Part shown: positions 33,008 through 42,340 of the stretch, one piece after another
Position numbering within the stretch: the first letter of the stretch is position 1
Layout of the letters: every line of letters starts with the position of its first letter
NCBI GenBank assembly: GCA_003169695.1
Contig: PNAS01000027.1
Span: 40,488 to 104,487 of the forward strand
Direction of reading: 5' to 3'
DNA length: 64,000 nt
Source of the DNA: Spartobacteria bacterium
GTDB taxonomy: Bacteria; Verrucomicrobiota; Verrucomicrobiia; Chthoniobacterales; UBA10450
The notes under the pieces: model-generated
Databases searched by the model: none
The model's input: the letters and a program-made list of their open reading frames with translations, nothing else
What the model was told of the DNA's origin: nothing
Program-made: the position numbers and the translations under genes

Positions 33008-35247
33008 CTTGTTCATCTTCGGCCGATCAGGCCTCAAACAAGGGCGTGGCCCTCATCATTGTTCTCGCCTTTGTTGTGCTCCTCAGCGGGCTGATGGTGG
33101 CGTATCTAACCCGCGCCGGGATCGATCGCCAATTGGCCCAATCAAGCTTCCAGGACACAAAATCTGATCTTTTGGCAAGGAGTGCCCTCGATATTGTCGT
33201 CACCGATTTCAAGCAGGAAATTGCCGACCGGGCGATAGTCACGGCGACCAACATTCAGCCGCAACGGTGGGGCACACCCCTTGCCGGCGGAACACCGTTT
33301 CCAAACTTAATTCGGCGCAGTGTTCAAGGAGACCCAACCGGGCGCACGTCAAGTCTCAGCTCTGGGCCGGCGCCGTCCGCAAGCCCAAAGCGCGGCGAAA
33401 TCACATCGACACGTTGGAATAGCCACTTTTTACTTCCGCGCGCCTCTTCGCTAGGAAACGATTCTACGCCAGTCTCCAATTTCGCTGCACCGGATTGGGT
33501 ATTGCTGACGCCGCAGGGGCCGAATTCGGCGCCCGTTCCGAGTTCGGTAATCGGAAGATATGCATACGCGGTTTATGACGAAGGAGGGACGCTTGATGTG
33601 AACGTCGCAGGTTTCCCATATTATACATCATCTTCCCCATGGCCCACACCAGTGCCTACGCCTGGTTTGGCACTTAGCGACATCGGTCGAAAAGGGAGTG
33701 TTGCGTTCGCAGATCTCAGAGCCATACCGACGACCGCAGGCGGCGCTCTACTTAGTGCCGGCGGTATAAACGCCCTCGTCGGATGGAGAAATTATGCCAC
33801 GGTCCATCCTTATTCCACTTTCCCAAACTTCACTTTCGACTTACCAAGCTTCATAGGCGGCACCGGATCCCGTTTTGTAAATTACTTTGCCGGCAATCCT
33901 CAGATCGGTACCAGTCAGGATTTCAGAACGGTCTCGCCGACTGTTTATCTCAATCGAACCGATCAAGCTTTCATCACCAGGACTGAGCTTATCAAGCTTC
34001 AACGGGAAGCCGGCTTTGGTGCGGGTGCGATGCAATACCTCGGAACATTCTCGCGCGAAAAGAACACTCCTACGTGGAAAGCCGGCACGGCGGAGATCGC
34101 TCAGAGGTTTTATGTCGGTAACTTGAATCTAATTAAACCGGATCCATCTACGACTCGGATTGCAGATATCCAGAGGTACTTTGGTCTCAAATGGGTTAAC
34201 GGCACAGCAGGGGCAGTTTCCCCGCCAACCCCCGCAGTCCCCGGTCACTGGCAATACATCGGAGCTTCGGGAAATGCGATGCAAGATCATATTCCCGCTT
34301 TCACGAGCAATCCGGAATTTTTCCAACTCTTAAACCATGCAATGAATCGGACGAATGGTGATGATCCCGTCCACATTTTAACAACCCTCTCGGTCGGAGC
34401 CGCCCTGATTGATCAATATGATGACGACACTGCTGCAGATCCGTTAACAGGGACCACGACCACCATGATAGAATACAACGGCGGCTGGGCTATTGGCCTG
34501 GAAAACATAGATCCCGCCAGGCCCAGCGCATCGCCTTCGCCGACACCATCGCCTTTTCCACCCCCTGCTGGTATGTCCCCCACTCCTCCCCCTGCTATAT
34601 CCACCTACGCGATGCTTAATCGGCCATTTCGCAATGTTGGGGAGTTCGGTTACGCTTTCCGGACGGCGTCAGGTCCAACTCCGACCCCTTCGCCAAACCC
34701 CAAGACACTCGACTTCTATACTGCCACTAGTCCAGACGCTCCCATACTTGACCTGTTTACCTACAACAGCGCACCTATTCGATCCGGCATCGTCAATTTG
34801 AATACACAAGACGTTCCCGTTATTACCGCACTTTTGACCGGAGCTTTTCAGACCGAGCAAAATATCGGGCCATCGCCGAGCGCTTCTCCGGTCGCAAGCC
34901 CCGCCGCGAAAACCGCGGCGACAACTATCGTGAATGCGACCACAACTCAACCCGCACTGAGTCGGGCCGAAATCACGCGTCTGTGCAGCGTCGTCCTTAA
35001 TACACCTTTCACGGCGAGCGAAGAAACAAGGGAAACAATTTCGCGCGCGCTCGCCGAGGTCACACAGACACGTACTTGGGGGCTACTAATTGACTTGATC
35101 ACCCAGACGGGACGGTACCCTCGAGGAACTACGGACCTCACGCAGCAATTCGTCGTTGAAGGAGAAAAACGCTATTGGTTGCATATTGCGATCGATCGCT
35201 TCACCGGCGAGATAATCGATCAGCAGCTCGAGGCCGTTTCCGAATAG
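33004..35247 (+). CDS. Very large GspK/PilX-like minor pseudopilin-like protein (747 aa)
   Basis: N-terminal hydrophobic segment KGVALIIVLAFVVLLSGLMVAYL without E+5, as in GspK/PilX. Several P/S/T-rich linkers. Last gene of the pseudopilin operon. Confidence 0.6.
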   Translation: MTCSSSADQASNKGVALIIVLAFVVLLSGLMVAYLTRAGIDRQLAQSSFQDTKSDLLARSALDIVVTDFKQEIADRAIVTATNIQPQRWGTPLAGGTPFPNLIRRSVQGDPTGRTSSLSSGPAPSASPKRGEITSTRWNSHFLLPRASSLGNDSTPVSNFAAPDWVLLTPQGPNSAPVPSSVIGRYAYAVYDEGGTLDVNVAGFPYYTSSSPWPTPVPTPGLALSDIGRKGSVAFADLRAIPTTAGGALLSAGGINALVGWRNYATVHPYSTFPNFTFDLPSFIGGTGSRFVNYFAGNPQIGTSQDFRTVSPTVYLNRTDQAFITRTELIKLQREAGFGAGAMQYLGTFSREKNTPTWKAGTAEIAQRFYVGNLNLIKPDPSTTRIADIQRYFGLKWVNGTAGAVSPPTPAVPGHWQYIGASGNAMQDHIPAFTSNPEFFQLLNHAMNRTNGDDPVHILTTLSVGAALIDQYDDDTAADPLTGTTTTMIEYNGGWAIGLENIDPARPSASPSPTPSPFPPPAGMSPTPPPAISTYAMLNRPFRNVGEFGYAFRTASGPTPTPSPNPKTLDFYTATSPDAPILDLFTYNSAPIRSGIVNLNTQDVPVITALLTGAFQTEQNIGPSPSASPVASPAAKTAATTIVNATTTQPALSRAEITRLCSVVLNTPFTASEETRETISRALAEVTQTRTWGLLIDLITQTGRYPRGTTDLTQQFVVEGEKRYWLHIAIDRFTGEIIDQQLEAVSE

Positions 35248-35353
35248 CCAACGGTATTACCGGGCGAGGCAGATAGAAATCGCGGCAATAGATCCCTCAT
35301 CGCCATTTCAAATTGGGACACCACCCCGTTTACGGCCGGCGCCCGCGCTACAT

Positions 35354-35995
35354 CTAGGAAAACCGGTCCTCGGTCCAGGGATCGGCGGTGTTGCTGTAGC
35401 CGCGCAGTTCCCAGAAACCGAGCCGATCCTCGGACGCGAACTCGATTGAGCGCACGAACTTCGCGCCTTTCCAGGCGTACAGTTTCGGGATGATGACGCG
35501 CGCCGGGCCGCCGTGCTCGCGTGGAATTGACTGGCCGTCGAAATGTGTGGCGATGAGAACGTCGTCGTCCATGCAATCTTCGAGCCGGACGTTGGTGCTG
35601 TAACCGTCATAGCTCGTGAAGAGGACGTGTCTTACTTCGGGCTTCGTTTTCACGATCTCGGCAAGAGTGAAGAACGCGACGCCGCTCCAGCGGCAATCGA
35701 ATTTGCTCCAGGTCGTGACGCAGTGGAAATCGCTCACGTCCTCGAACCGCGGCAGCGCGTTGAATTCTTCCCAGGTGAAGGTTTTCGGATGTTCGACGAA
35801 ACCGCTGACTTCGAGCCGCCATTTTTCCAATGAGATGTCCGGGCGAATGCCGAGATCGAGGACAGGAAATCCGGAAGTGAGGTGCTGACCGGGCGGCAAC
35901 CGGTTCTCCGAGCGGTTGATCGGTTTCGCTTTACCGCTCATCTTGCGCGCCCAACGCTCCTTGCGCTCAATGATGTTGGGATTAGCGCTGCTCAC
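35354..35995 (-). CDS. Small sulfite-oxidase-family molybdopterin oxidoreductase (MsrP/YedY-like catalytic domain)
   Basis: Oxidored_molyb-type motifs: LPPGQHL..FPVLDLG, W.L.V.G.V, FHCVTTWSKFD, GGPARVIIPKLYAWKGAKFV. GTG start. Confidence 0.8.
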   Translation of the reverse strand: MSSANPNIIERKERWARKMSGKAKPINRSENRLPPGQHLTSGFPVLDLGIRPDISLEKWRLEVSGFVEHPKTFTWEEFNALPRFEDVSDFHCVTTWSKFDCRWSGVAFFTLAEIVKTKPEVRHVLFTSYDGYSTNVRLEDCMDDDVLIATHFDGQSIPREHGGPARVIIPKLYAWKGAKFVRSIEFASEDRLGFWELRGYSNTADPWTEDRFS

Positions 35996-36006
35996 GAAGA
36001 GGAAGG

Positions 36007-36049
36007 TATCCGCAGATTACGCAGAGGAACGCAATTTTGTCAGCGAAGC
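36007..36049. repeat. Copy A of a ~44-nt dispersed repeat (TATCCGCAGATTACGCAGAGGAACGCAATTTT...)
   Basis: 38 of 44 aligned positions are identical to copy B at 38020-38063. Lies 11 nt upstream of the minus-strand start at 35995. Confidence 0.8.
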
Positions 36050-36073
36050 AGCGGCGGATTATCAACTGCCGTT

Positions 36074-37987
36074 TCATTTTTGGCGCGCGTCGATCTGTCT
36101 CTGCGCCCGCCTTAGGTTGTCCGAAGCGACCGTGAAGTTCGGTTTCAGACGTAGCGCCGTGGAAAAATGCGGAAGACTCTTTTCGGGCTGCCCCGCCATT
36201 AGAAAAACGAGTCCGAGATTGTTGTGCGCTTCGGCGCTTGTCGGATTGAGCCGCAATGCCTCATTCAGCTGTGCGGTTGCTTCCGAAAGCTTGCCCTGAC
36301 GCGCCAGCATCAGCCCAAGATTCGTGCGGATATCAGGGTCGTTCGGGGCAAGCTCCAGCGCCTTGTAGAACTGCTGCAGGGCGTCATCCCCCTTTTCCTG
36401 TTTGACCAACGCCAGCGCGAGCTGCATATGCGCTTTGGCGGAGTCCGGCTCAACGCCCAGGGCTCGATGGTAGTAGGAGATGGCCTCGGCCGGCTTGCCT
36501 TGTTCCAAGAGAGTGACGCCCACGTTGATGAGCGCGTCGAAGAAGTCGGGCTTAATTCGCAATGCTTCCTCGAAATGTGGAATGGCTTCATCGTATCTTC
36601 TTTGCTGACCCAGAACGTGACCAAGATTGTAGTGGACGACCAGGTTGTCGGAAGTGACCGACAAGGTATATTCAAACAAGGTCATACTATCACGCCATCG
36701 GCTGATCTGGAGCGCGGTCAGAGATCCAGAGAGCAAGAGCACGGCTATCGACACTACAGCGATGCTGACGCGCCCGATACACCATGCGATCGCCAGATCC
36801 GCGAGGCCGAAGACGAGAGCCACGAAGAGTCCGATGGAAGGAATGTAGTGGTAGCGATCTGCCATCGCCTGGCCACCGACCTGCACCAGCCCGATCACCG
36901 GAACCAATGTCCCCAGGAACCAGAGCCATCCCATGATGAGATATGGCCGTTTCCTCGCCTGTTGAAGCGCCATTGCGGTTATGGCCGAGAGGAGAACCAA
37001 GGCTGCGGCAACTTGCCAGCCCGGCACACCCGCTGGAGAAAACGGATAGTAGACACCCAAGCCGCTGGGCCAGACCGTCAAGAGAAGGTACTTGGCGTAC
37101 GATACAAACGCGTTAGACAGACGCAACGAAAGCGGCGCGTCGACAAGTCCTCGAACCGCTCCTCCATGCGCTTGCGCCAGGTAGGTGACGACCATCGAAG
37201 CACCGACCAGACAGAAGAGCGGCAGCTTTTCGCGAATCAGCGGCAGCCAAGCTCCTGCGAATCGCCTGATCCCATCCGCCGGCCGCCACTCGAGGCGGCG
37301 GAACGGCCAGTAATCCAATAAGAGCAAGACGAAGGGCCACGTCACCAGCATGGGTTTCGCCATGAGGCCTAAGCCCAGCCAAAGCGCAACCAGGGCGTAT
37401 CGCTTCCACGAAATTGCCTCCGCATAGCGAGCGTAGGCCAGCAAACTCAGCAACCCGAAGAAGGTCGCCAATGTATCTTTGCGTTCGGCGGCCCACGCAA
37501 CCGATTCGACGTGCAGCGGATGCAGGGCGAAGAGGGCCGCCACGATCGCGCTTCTCCAGGTGGCCCCAGTTACTCGCTGGAAAAAAAAGAAAAGGAGCAA
37601 CGTATTCGAAACATGGATCAGCCCGTTCACGAACAAGTGTCCACCTGCGTTCAGACCAAAGATCTGGCTGTCCACCATATGCGACAGCCAGGTGAGCGGA
37701 TGCCAGTTTGCCGCATGAAAAGTCGTAAAAGCCCAGGCGATCCCTTTCAGGGTCAACCCGCCGGCAACCATCGGGTTGTCCCGAATGTAGACATCATCAT
37801 CCAGGCTGATGAACTGATGACTGATCACCTGCCCGTAAACCGCGAGAGTGGCAACGGCCAACGCTGCCGCTATCAATAGTTCACTCCGACCAAAGCTCCT
37901 CGCCGCCTGCGCAGGCCTAACGATTCGCGGCCTCTCGCCGTGACGAGCCTTGCGGCCGCCAACGGACACACGGCGTTGCTTTTTCAT
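36074..37987 (-). CDS. TMTC-like polytopic membrane protein (GT-C/PMT_2-like N-terminal region) with C-terminal TPR repeats
   Basis: About 11 predicted TM helices followed by 5-6 TPR units (YNLGHVLGQQRRYDEAIPHFEEALRIKPDF...). ATG 37987 chosen; TTG 38017 is also open. Confidence 0.75.
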   Translation of the reverse strand: MKKQRRVSVGGRKARHGERPRIVRPAQAARSFGRSELLIAAALAVATLAVYGQVISHQFISLDDDVYIRDNPMVAGGLTLKGIAWAFTTFHAANWHPLTWLSHMVDSQIFGLNAGGHLFVNGLIHVSNTLLLFFFFQRVTGATWRSAIVAALFALHPLHVESVAWAAERKDTLATFFGLLSLLAYARYAEAISWKRYALVALWLGLGLMAKPMLVTWPFVLLLLDYWPFRRLEWRPADGIRRFAGAWLPLIREKLPLFCLVGASMVVTYLAQAHGGAVRGLVDAPLSLRLSNAFVSYAKYLLLTVWPSGLGVYYPFSPAGVPGWQVAAALVLLSAITAMALQQARKRPYLIMGWLWFLGTLVPVIGLVQVGGQAMADRYHYIPSIGLFVALVFGLADLAIAWCIGRVSIAVVSIAVLLLSGSLTALQISRWRDSMTLFEYTLSVTSDNLVVHYNLGHVLGQQRRYDEAIPHFEEALRIKPDFFDALINVGVTLLEQGKPAEAISYYHRALGVEPDSAKAHMQLALALVKQEKGDDALQQFYKALELAPNDPDIRTNLGLMLARQGKLSEATAQLNEALRLNPTSAEAHNNLGLVFLMAGQPEKSLPHFSTALRLKPNFTVASDNLRRAQRQIDARQK

Positions 37988-38019
37988 TCCGCCAGTTTTC
38001 CGAGCCACACGATTCAAGT

Positions 38020-38063
38020 TATCCGCAAATTACGCAGATGAACGCAGATTTTCTCGGCGAACC
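38020..38063. repeat. Copy B of the ~44-nt dispersed repeat
   Basis: TATCCGCAAATTACGCAGATGAACGCAGATTTTCTCGGCGAACC. Immediately upstream of the TMTC-like gene. Confidence 0.8.
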
Positions 38064-38072
38064 ATGTGGCAT

Positions 38073-38095
38073 GGCGTTTGATACAAACGCCCTGC
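38073..38095 (-). repeat. Single REP-like hairpin (GCAG head variant)
   Basis: The minus strand reads GCAGGGCGTTTGTATCAAACGCC, close to GTAGGGCGTTTCTGTGAAACGCC at 2275-2297. 8-bp stem, 3-nt loop. Confidence 0.45.
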
Positions 38096-38109
38096 AAATG
38101 TGCGGACTA

Positions 38110-38868
38110 CTAAGCTGCCGTGTCTGGAGTTTTCAGTAGCTTGATTGCGTCGCGCAGCTCGGCGGCGCGCTCATAGAGTTCGCTTGCGATAGCGACCTCC
38201 ATCTCGCGCTGCATGATCTCTAGCTTCGAGAGCGGACGTTTCGAGCTGACTTCCTCGAGCCACTCCTCAAGAAAGGCGAGCTCGGAACTTTTCGTCGCCA
38301 GCTCCGGAAAATTTGATTGCTGAAAGAATTCCTGAATGGCATCGCGGCCCCGCTCGATCTCGCGCATGGCGTCGCCAAACCGGCCTTCGCCGAGGAGGAT
38401 CGAAGCTTTGGCGCGCGTGTTCATCATCAACACGTAGGGACGAAATTGCTGGAAGCTCCAAATAAGCTCGTCGCGGTCGGCGTGCTCGGCGACGAAGGCG
38501 AAGAGATCGAGGTTGCGTTGCGTGTCACGAATCACGCCGGGGAAATCGTTGATCTGAAAAAGACTAAGGTAACGGTGATAGTACTGAATGCCTTCCTGCT
38601 GGAGCTCGTTGCATTGCTCGGGCGTAAGCTCGTAGTTCTCGCCGCGCGCTTCGGCTCGCTCGGCGCGGCGTTGATGATAAACGAGCAACGACTCGCAGTT
38701 GTGCGGCCGCTGCCCATCGGGCCGGCCGGTCACTTCCATCTGCAGAATGCCGAGGTCGATCCGGAGCTGCAATTTTTCGTTGCCATCCAGGCCGACGATT
38801 TTACGCACTTTGATCGCGCCGGTTTCATGGGGCCAATCTTTGAGGAGCGAATTGAGATCAAGACTCAT
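38110..38868 (-). CDS. UVR-domain-containing protein
   Basis: C-terminal UvrB/UvrC-type motif EMEVAIASELYERAAELRDAIKLL. ATG 38868 chosen; the ORF is open to TTG 38943. Confidence 0.7.
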   Translation of the reverse strand: MSLDLNSLLKDWPHETGAIKVRKIVGLDGNEKLQLRIDLGILQMEVTGRPDGQRPHNCESLLVYHQRRAERAEARGENYELTPEQCNELQQEGIQYYHRYLSLFQINDFPGVIRDTQRNLDLFAFVAEHADRDELIWSFQQFRPYVLMMNTRAKASILLGEGRFGDAMREIERGRDAIQEFFQQSNFPELATKSSELAFLEEWLEEVSSKRPLSKLEIMQREMEVAIASELYERAAELRDAIKLLKTPDTAA

Positions 38869-38998
38869 TATGTGATCAACGTTCGGAACACACTCTCTCT
38901 TTGTCAATCCTTCGAACGTCGAATGGCGAATGAGGCGACTCAAAGATCGAACTTCGCACTTCCAAAATCACCCAATCGCTGATTCGCTAAATGCCTAA

Positions 38999-39889
38999 GT
39001 GGAACAGGAGATTGATTCGTTTATCCGTTTCCTCGCAACGGAGCGCGGTCTCTCGAGTAATTATCAACTCTCCACGCGCCGGTCGCTGACCGAGTTCGCG
39101 GCCTGGTGTTCGAGTGCCAGAAAAATTACGGTCCCCTGGGAGGTGACGCAGCCGCTAATCAGTGAGTACCTTTCGATACGAAAGAAGGGCGGACTCTCGG
39201 CGTCGTCGATCAAACTGGTCGTCGTGGCGTTGAAGATTTTCTTTCGGTTTCTGAGCGGGAAGGGCGCGCTCGAACGCGACCCAACGGAAACGCTTACGCT
39301 GCCACGAATTGAACGTTATCTGCCGGAGACGCTGAACGAGCTTCAAGTCGAATGCCTGATTGAAAGCATCGATACGAAACATCCGCTCGGGTTGCGCGAC
39401 CGCGCGATCGTGGAACTGCTCTACGCGAGCGGGCTGCGAATTTCGGAATTGGCGGATGCACGCCTCGAGAATCTGAATTTCGAAGAGCGCATTCTGCGCG
39501 TGACCGGCAAGGGAAACAAGATGCGCCTGGTGCCGGTGGGAAGGAAAGCGTGTCATGCACTCACCTCCTATATCACGACGGAACGCCCGAAGCTGGTGAA
39601 GCGCCGCAGCGGGAGCGAGATTTTTCTGTCGCGCCGCGGGACGAAGCTTACGACTGTTCGCATTTGGCAAATCGTGAAGACGCTCGCGCGGCACTCGGGA
39701 CTGGAGATGAATATTTATCCGCACCTGCTCCGCCATAGTTTCGCGACGCACCTGCTCAGCAATGGCGCGGACCTGCGAATCATCCAGGAACTGCTTGGCC
39801 ACGCCGATATTTCGACGACGCAGGTTTACACGCACGTGGACCAGCAACGGTTGAAAGCCGTGCACCGGAAGTTTCATCCGCGGGCTTGA
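38999..39889 (+). CDS. xerD: Tyrosine recombinase XerD/XerC family
   Basis: N-terminal SAM-like FIRFLATERGLSSNYQLSTRRSL. Catalytic R...HLLRHSFATHLL...LLGH...TTQVYTHV. GTG start. Confidence 0.88.
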   Translation: MEQEIDSFIRFLATERGLSSNYQLSTRRSLTEFAAWCSSARKITVPWEVTQPLISEYLSIRKKGGLSASSIKLVVVALKIFFRFLSGKGALERDPTETLTLPRIERYLPETLNELQVECLIESIDTKHPLGLRDRAIVELLYASGLRISELADARLENLNFEERILRVTGKGNKMRLVPVGRKACHALTSYITTERPKLVKRRSGSEIFLSRRGTKLTTVRIWQIVKTLARHSGLEMNIYPHLLRHSFATHLLSNGADLRIIQELLGHADISTTQVYTHVDQQRLKAVHRKFHPRA

Positions 39890-40013
39890 TGGGCGGCGCG
39901 CGGCGCCGTCCTCTCAGCTAAGGTTCGCGGCGGTCCGACCACGAACGAACACCGCAGCGCGGCCTGCCCGGAAAAATTCGCGGCGGCGGTAGACCGCGCT
40001 ACAATGTCCGCCT

Positions 40014-41870
40014 ATGAAACGATTTCAGCTGCTCGTCATCGTGTCGATGATCACGGCGGGCGCCATCTGGATGGGCCTCTACCGGTCCCGCCACACTTCG
40101 AGCGCCGCAGTCGCCGCGCTCCTTCCGAAAGACACTCTCGCGTTTGTGCACATGCCGGATTTCAACCGGTCGCGCGCGGAATTGCATCAGACGGATCTCT
40201 ACCAAATCTGGACTGAACCGGCCGTGGAGGATTTCCTGCAAAAACCCCGCGCGAAAATTCCCATGAACGAGGCCTTGGCACCAACTCTTCAGGAATGTGA
40301 ATCCCTCCAGATGAAGGACGCGTTTGTCGCCGTGCTCACTATTGAATATGGCGCGTGGAAAATAGTGGGCGGGTTCCGGTTCAAAGGAGACCCTGGGAAC
40401 GCGGAAAAAATCGTGGCGAACTGGAAGGCAAAGTTGCTCGGCAAGACGCCGGATTTCAAACGGGAAACCGTGGATTACCAGGGCCATCAGATCCAGGCCG
40501 ACACCGCGGGTATCGTCCATCTCTCCACAGTGCGCGACGGTCAATGGTTCTTTGTCGCGAACGATCCCGAGCAGTTGAAGTCGCTGTTGGATCGCGTGGA
40601 TGGCCGGGTCAAAGACCCCAACAGTGCGCTCGCGGCGGATGACGTTTTCGCCGCGGCAGCCAAGCGAATGCCCTCGAGCTACACGGCGCTGGCCTTTGCG
40701 CGGATCGATCGAGTGGTCGAGAAGCTGATGCCTCTCGCGGACAAAGACGCGAATGAATCAGCCGATCAGCTGAGGGCGATACGTCAAATCCGCAGCCTTT
40801 GCGGTGCGACCTCTTTCGATGGCGGAAAAATCCGAGACACGATTTTCGTTGGCATGCCGAAATTGTTGGACGCGGGCAATCTTATGCGCGTGTCGCTTCC
40901 GATTGCGACGAAGGACACATTTCTCTACGCTGCCGGCTTTTTGAATTTGACGAAGCCGGTGCCACTCCCGAGTTCGCAGGGCGCCCTCGGGTGGATGGGT
41001 GGTTTGCAGAAAATCACCAACGCCCTTTCGTCGAATGGCATAACTCTGGAAGGTTGGAACAGCGCCTTCGGGCCGGAATTGAGTTGGGTGGGCGATTGGC
41101 CGGCGAACTCTCACTGGCCTTCGCTCTTTGCCACCCTTCCCGTGAAAGATCCGGCGAAGGCGAACAAAATTGTGAGCGTCATCACAACGGCGAATGAGGA
41201 CTCCGCCGCCTGGACGCATCAGGAAAAAGATGGCGTACAATATTTTTCCACGCGCTCGGGCGGGCAATTCTTCTCCCTTTCGCCCACGATCGGATTGTCG
41301 GACCGGATGTTGGTGGCGGGTGCGGACGCGGGATCGGTGGAAGCCGCGATGAAGCGAAGCGCGAATGGAAATTCCGAGCTGGCCACTTCAAAAAATTTCC
41401 AGAATGCCGAACGTGCGGTTCCCACAGCCAAGCAGGCGTTCACCTACATCGACCCCGCCCTTATCTACACCCGAATGGATGCGACTTTGCGACCAATGCT
41501 TTTCATGAGCGCGGCCTTTCTGCCCGGGATCGCCGAGACGGTCGATCTGAACAAGCTGCCCGCCCCCGAAGTCATCACGAAGCATCTTAGCCCGATTGTG
41601 ATGTCGCAAAGTTATGACGGAGACGGATACATCGCAGAGTCGGTCGGTCCGGTCACCGTCTACCAAACGATCATCGGTGTGGGCGGGCTTGGCGGAGCGG
41701 CAGCGGTGCTTTATCACTACCAAACGCGCGGGCAGACTCGCGGACCGGCCGGTTCTCCGGTGGCGCCCGCAATCGCCCCGGCGGCATCGTCGTCGGTCTC
41801 TCCCTCCTCAGGCCCGGACGCGTCGCCGGAGCAAATGGCGCGCTGGGATCGCGCGCTGAGCCAACCCTAA
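40014..41870 (+). CDS. Large N-terminally anchored/secreted protein, DUF3352-like
   Basis: Signal/anchor MKRFQLLVIVSMITAGAIWMGL. The N-terminal region (LLPKDTLAFVHMPDFNRSRAEL...) resembles DUF3352-family proteins from memory. S/P/A-rich tail. Confidence 0.6.
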   Translation: MKRFQLLVIVSMITAGAIWMGLYRSRHTSSAAVAALLPKDTLAFVHMPDFNRSRAELHQTDLYQIWTEPAVEDFLQKPRAKIPMNEALAPTLQECESLQMKDAFVAVLTIEYGAWKIVGGFRFKGDPGNAEKIVANWKAKLLGKTPDFKRETVDYQGHQIQADTAGIVHLSTVRDGQWFFVANDPEQLKSLLDRVDGRVKDPNSALAADDVFAAAAKRMPSSYTALAFARIDRVVEKLMPLADKDANESADQLRAIRQIRSLCGATSFDGGKIRDTIFVGMPKLLDAGNLMRVSLPIATKDTFLYAAGFLNLTKPVPLPSSQGALGWMGGLQKITNALSSNGITLEGWNSAFGPELSWVGDWPANSHWPSLFATLPVKDPAKANKIVSVITTANEDSAAWTHQEKDGVQYFSTRSGGQFFSLSPTIGLSDRMLVAGADAGSVEAAMKRSANGNSELATSKNFQNAERAVPTAKQAFTYIDPALIYTRMDATLRPMLFMSAAFLPGIAETVDLNKLPAPEVITKHLSPIVMSQSYDGDGYIAESVGPVTVYQTIIGVGGLGGAAAVLYHYQTRGQTRGPAGSPVAPAIAPAASSSVSPSSGPDASPEQMARWDRALSQP

Positions 41871-41929
41871 ACGGCTGGGCGGGAGAAATCTGCTGCGTTA
41901 CGGGCAAAATGTGATATCATTTTCGCCTT

Positions 41930-42298
41930 ATGGCTATTCTCAAGAAAAATGCATTCTCGCGCCGAGTTCCTGATCTTGTGACAGAGGAATTAGTTGCGGT
42001 GCTTTCCCGGCGTGCATCGTTCGAGTTCAAGCAACTCTTCGATATCGTGCACGAAAATCTGCGCGCGCGAAATGCGGCCAGCGGTGGCGAGGAGATGCTT
42101 CGCCTGCGAGCGTATGAGAAGCTGCAAAATCTTGTGGCGCGTGGCGCGGTGAGAAAGACCGGCAAGAAATACAAAGGGCTTCCGGCGGCTCTCGCGGCAG
42201 CGATCGCTCCACAGAACGGACATATTCCCGCCGCGGCCGCCGCGGCCGCCAGCGCCAGGACCGCCGCCATCGCCCGGGCCGCCGCCGCGGCCAAGTAA
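41930..42298 (+). CDS. Hypothetical small protein with poly-Ala C-terminus
   Basis: 122-aa ORF. The first ~80 aa have ordinary globular composition, whereas the competing antisense ORF (41917-42342) is R/S/A-rich. No family recognised. Confidence 0.4.
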   Translation: MAILKKNAFSRRVPDLVTEELVAVLSRRASFEFKQLFDIVHENLRARNAASGGEEMLRLRAYEKLQNLVARGAVRKTGKKYKGLPAALAAAIAPQNGHIPAAAAAAASARTAAIARAAAAAK

Positions 42299-42340
42299 AC
42301 CAGCGCTTCAGCCCGGCCGACCGCGCTTGCCTGAACAATC

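Noticed and set aside
36224-37321. 365-aa + strand ORF
   Set aside because: It is antisense to the TMTC-like/TPR gene and has an R/Q/E-rich shadow-ORF composition. The same reasoning rejects 11048-11908, 15891-16718, 38317-38982, 39155-39877, 48286-49260, 51875-52606 and 62665-63459, among others.
38999-39889. Tyrosine recombinase as a marker of an integrated mobile element or island boundary
   Set aside because: The sequence has the housekeeping XerD/XerC-type N-terminal and catalytic motifs. There is no adjacent tRNA, no direct repeats, and no phage, transposase or excisionase genes. The flanking genes look like ordinary chromosome.
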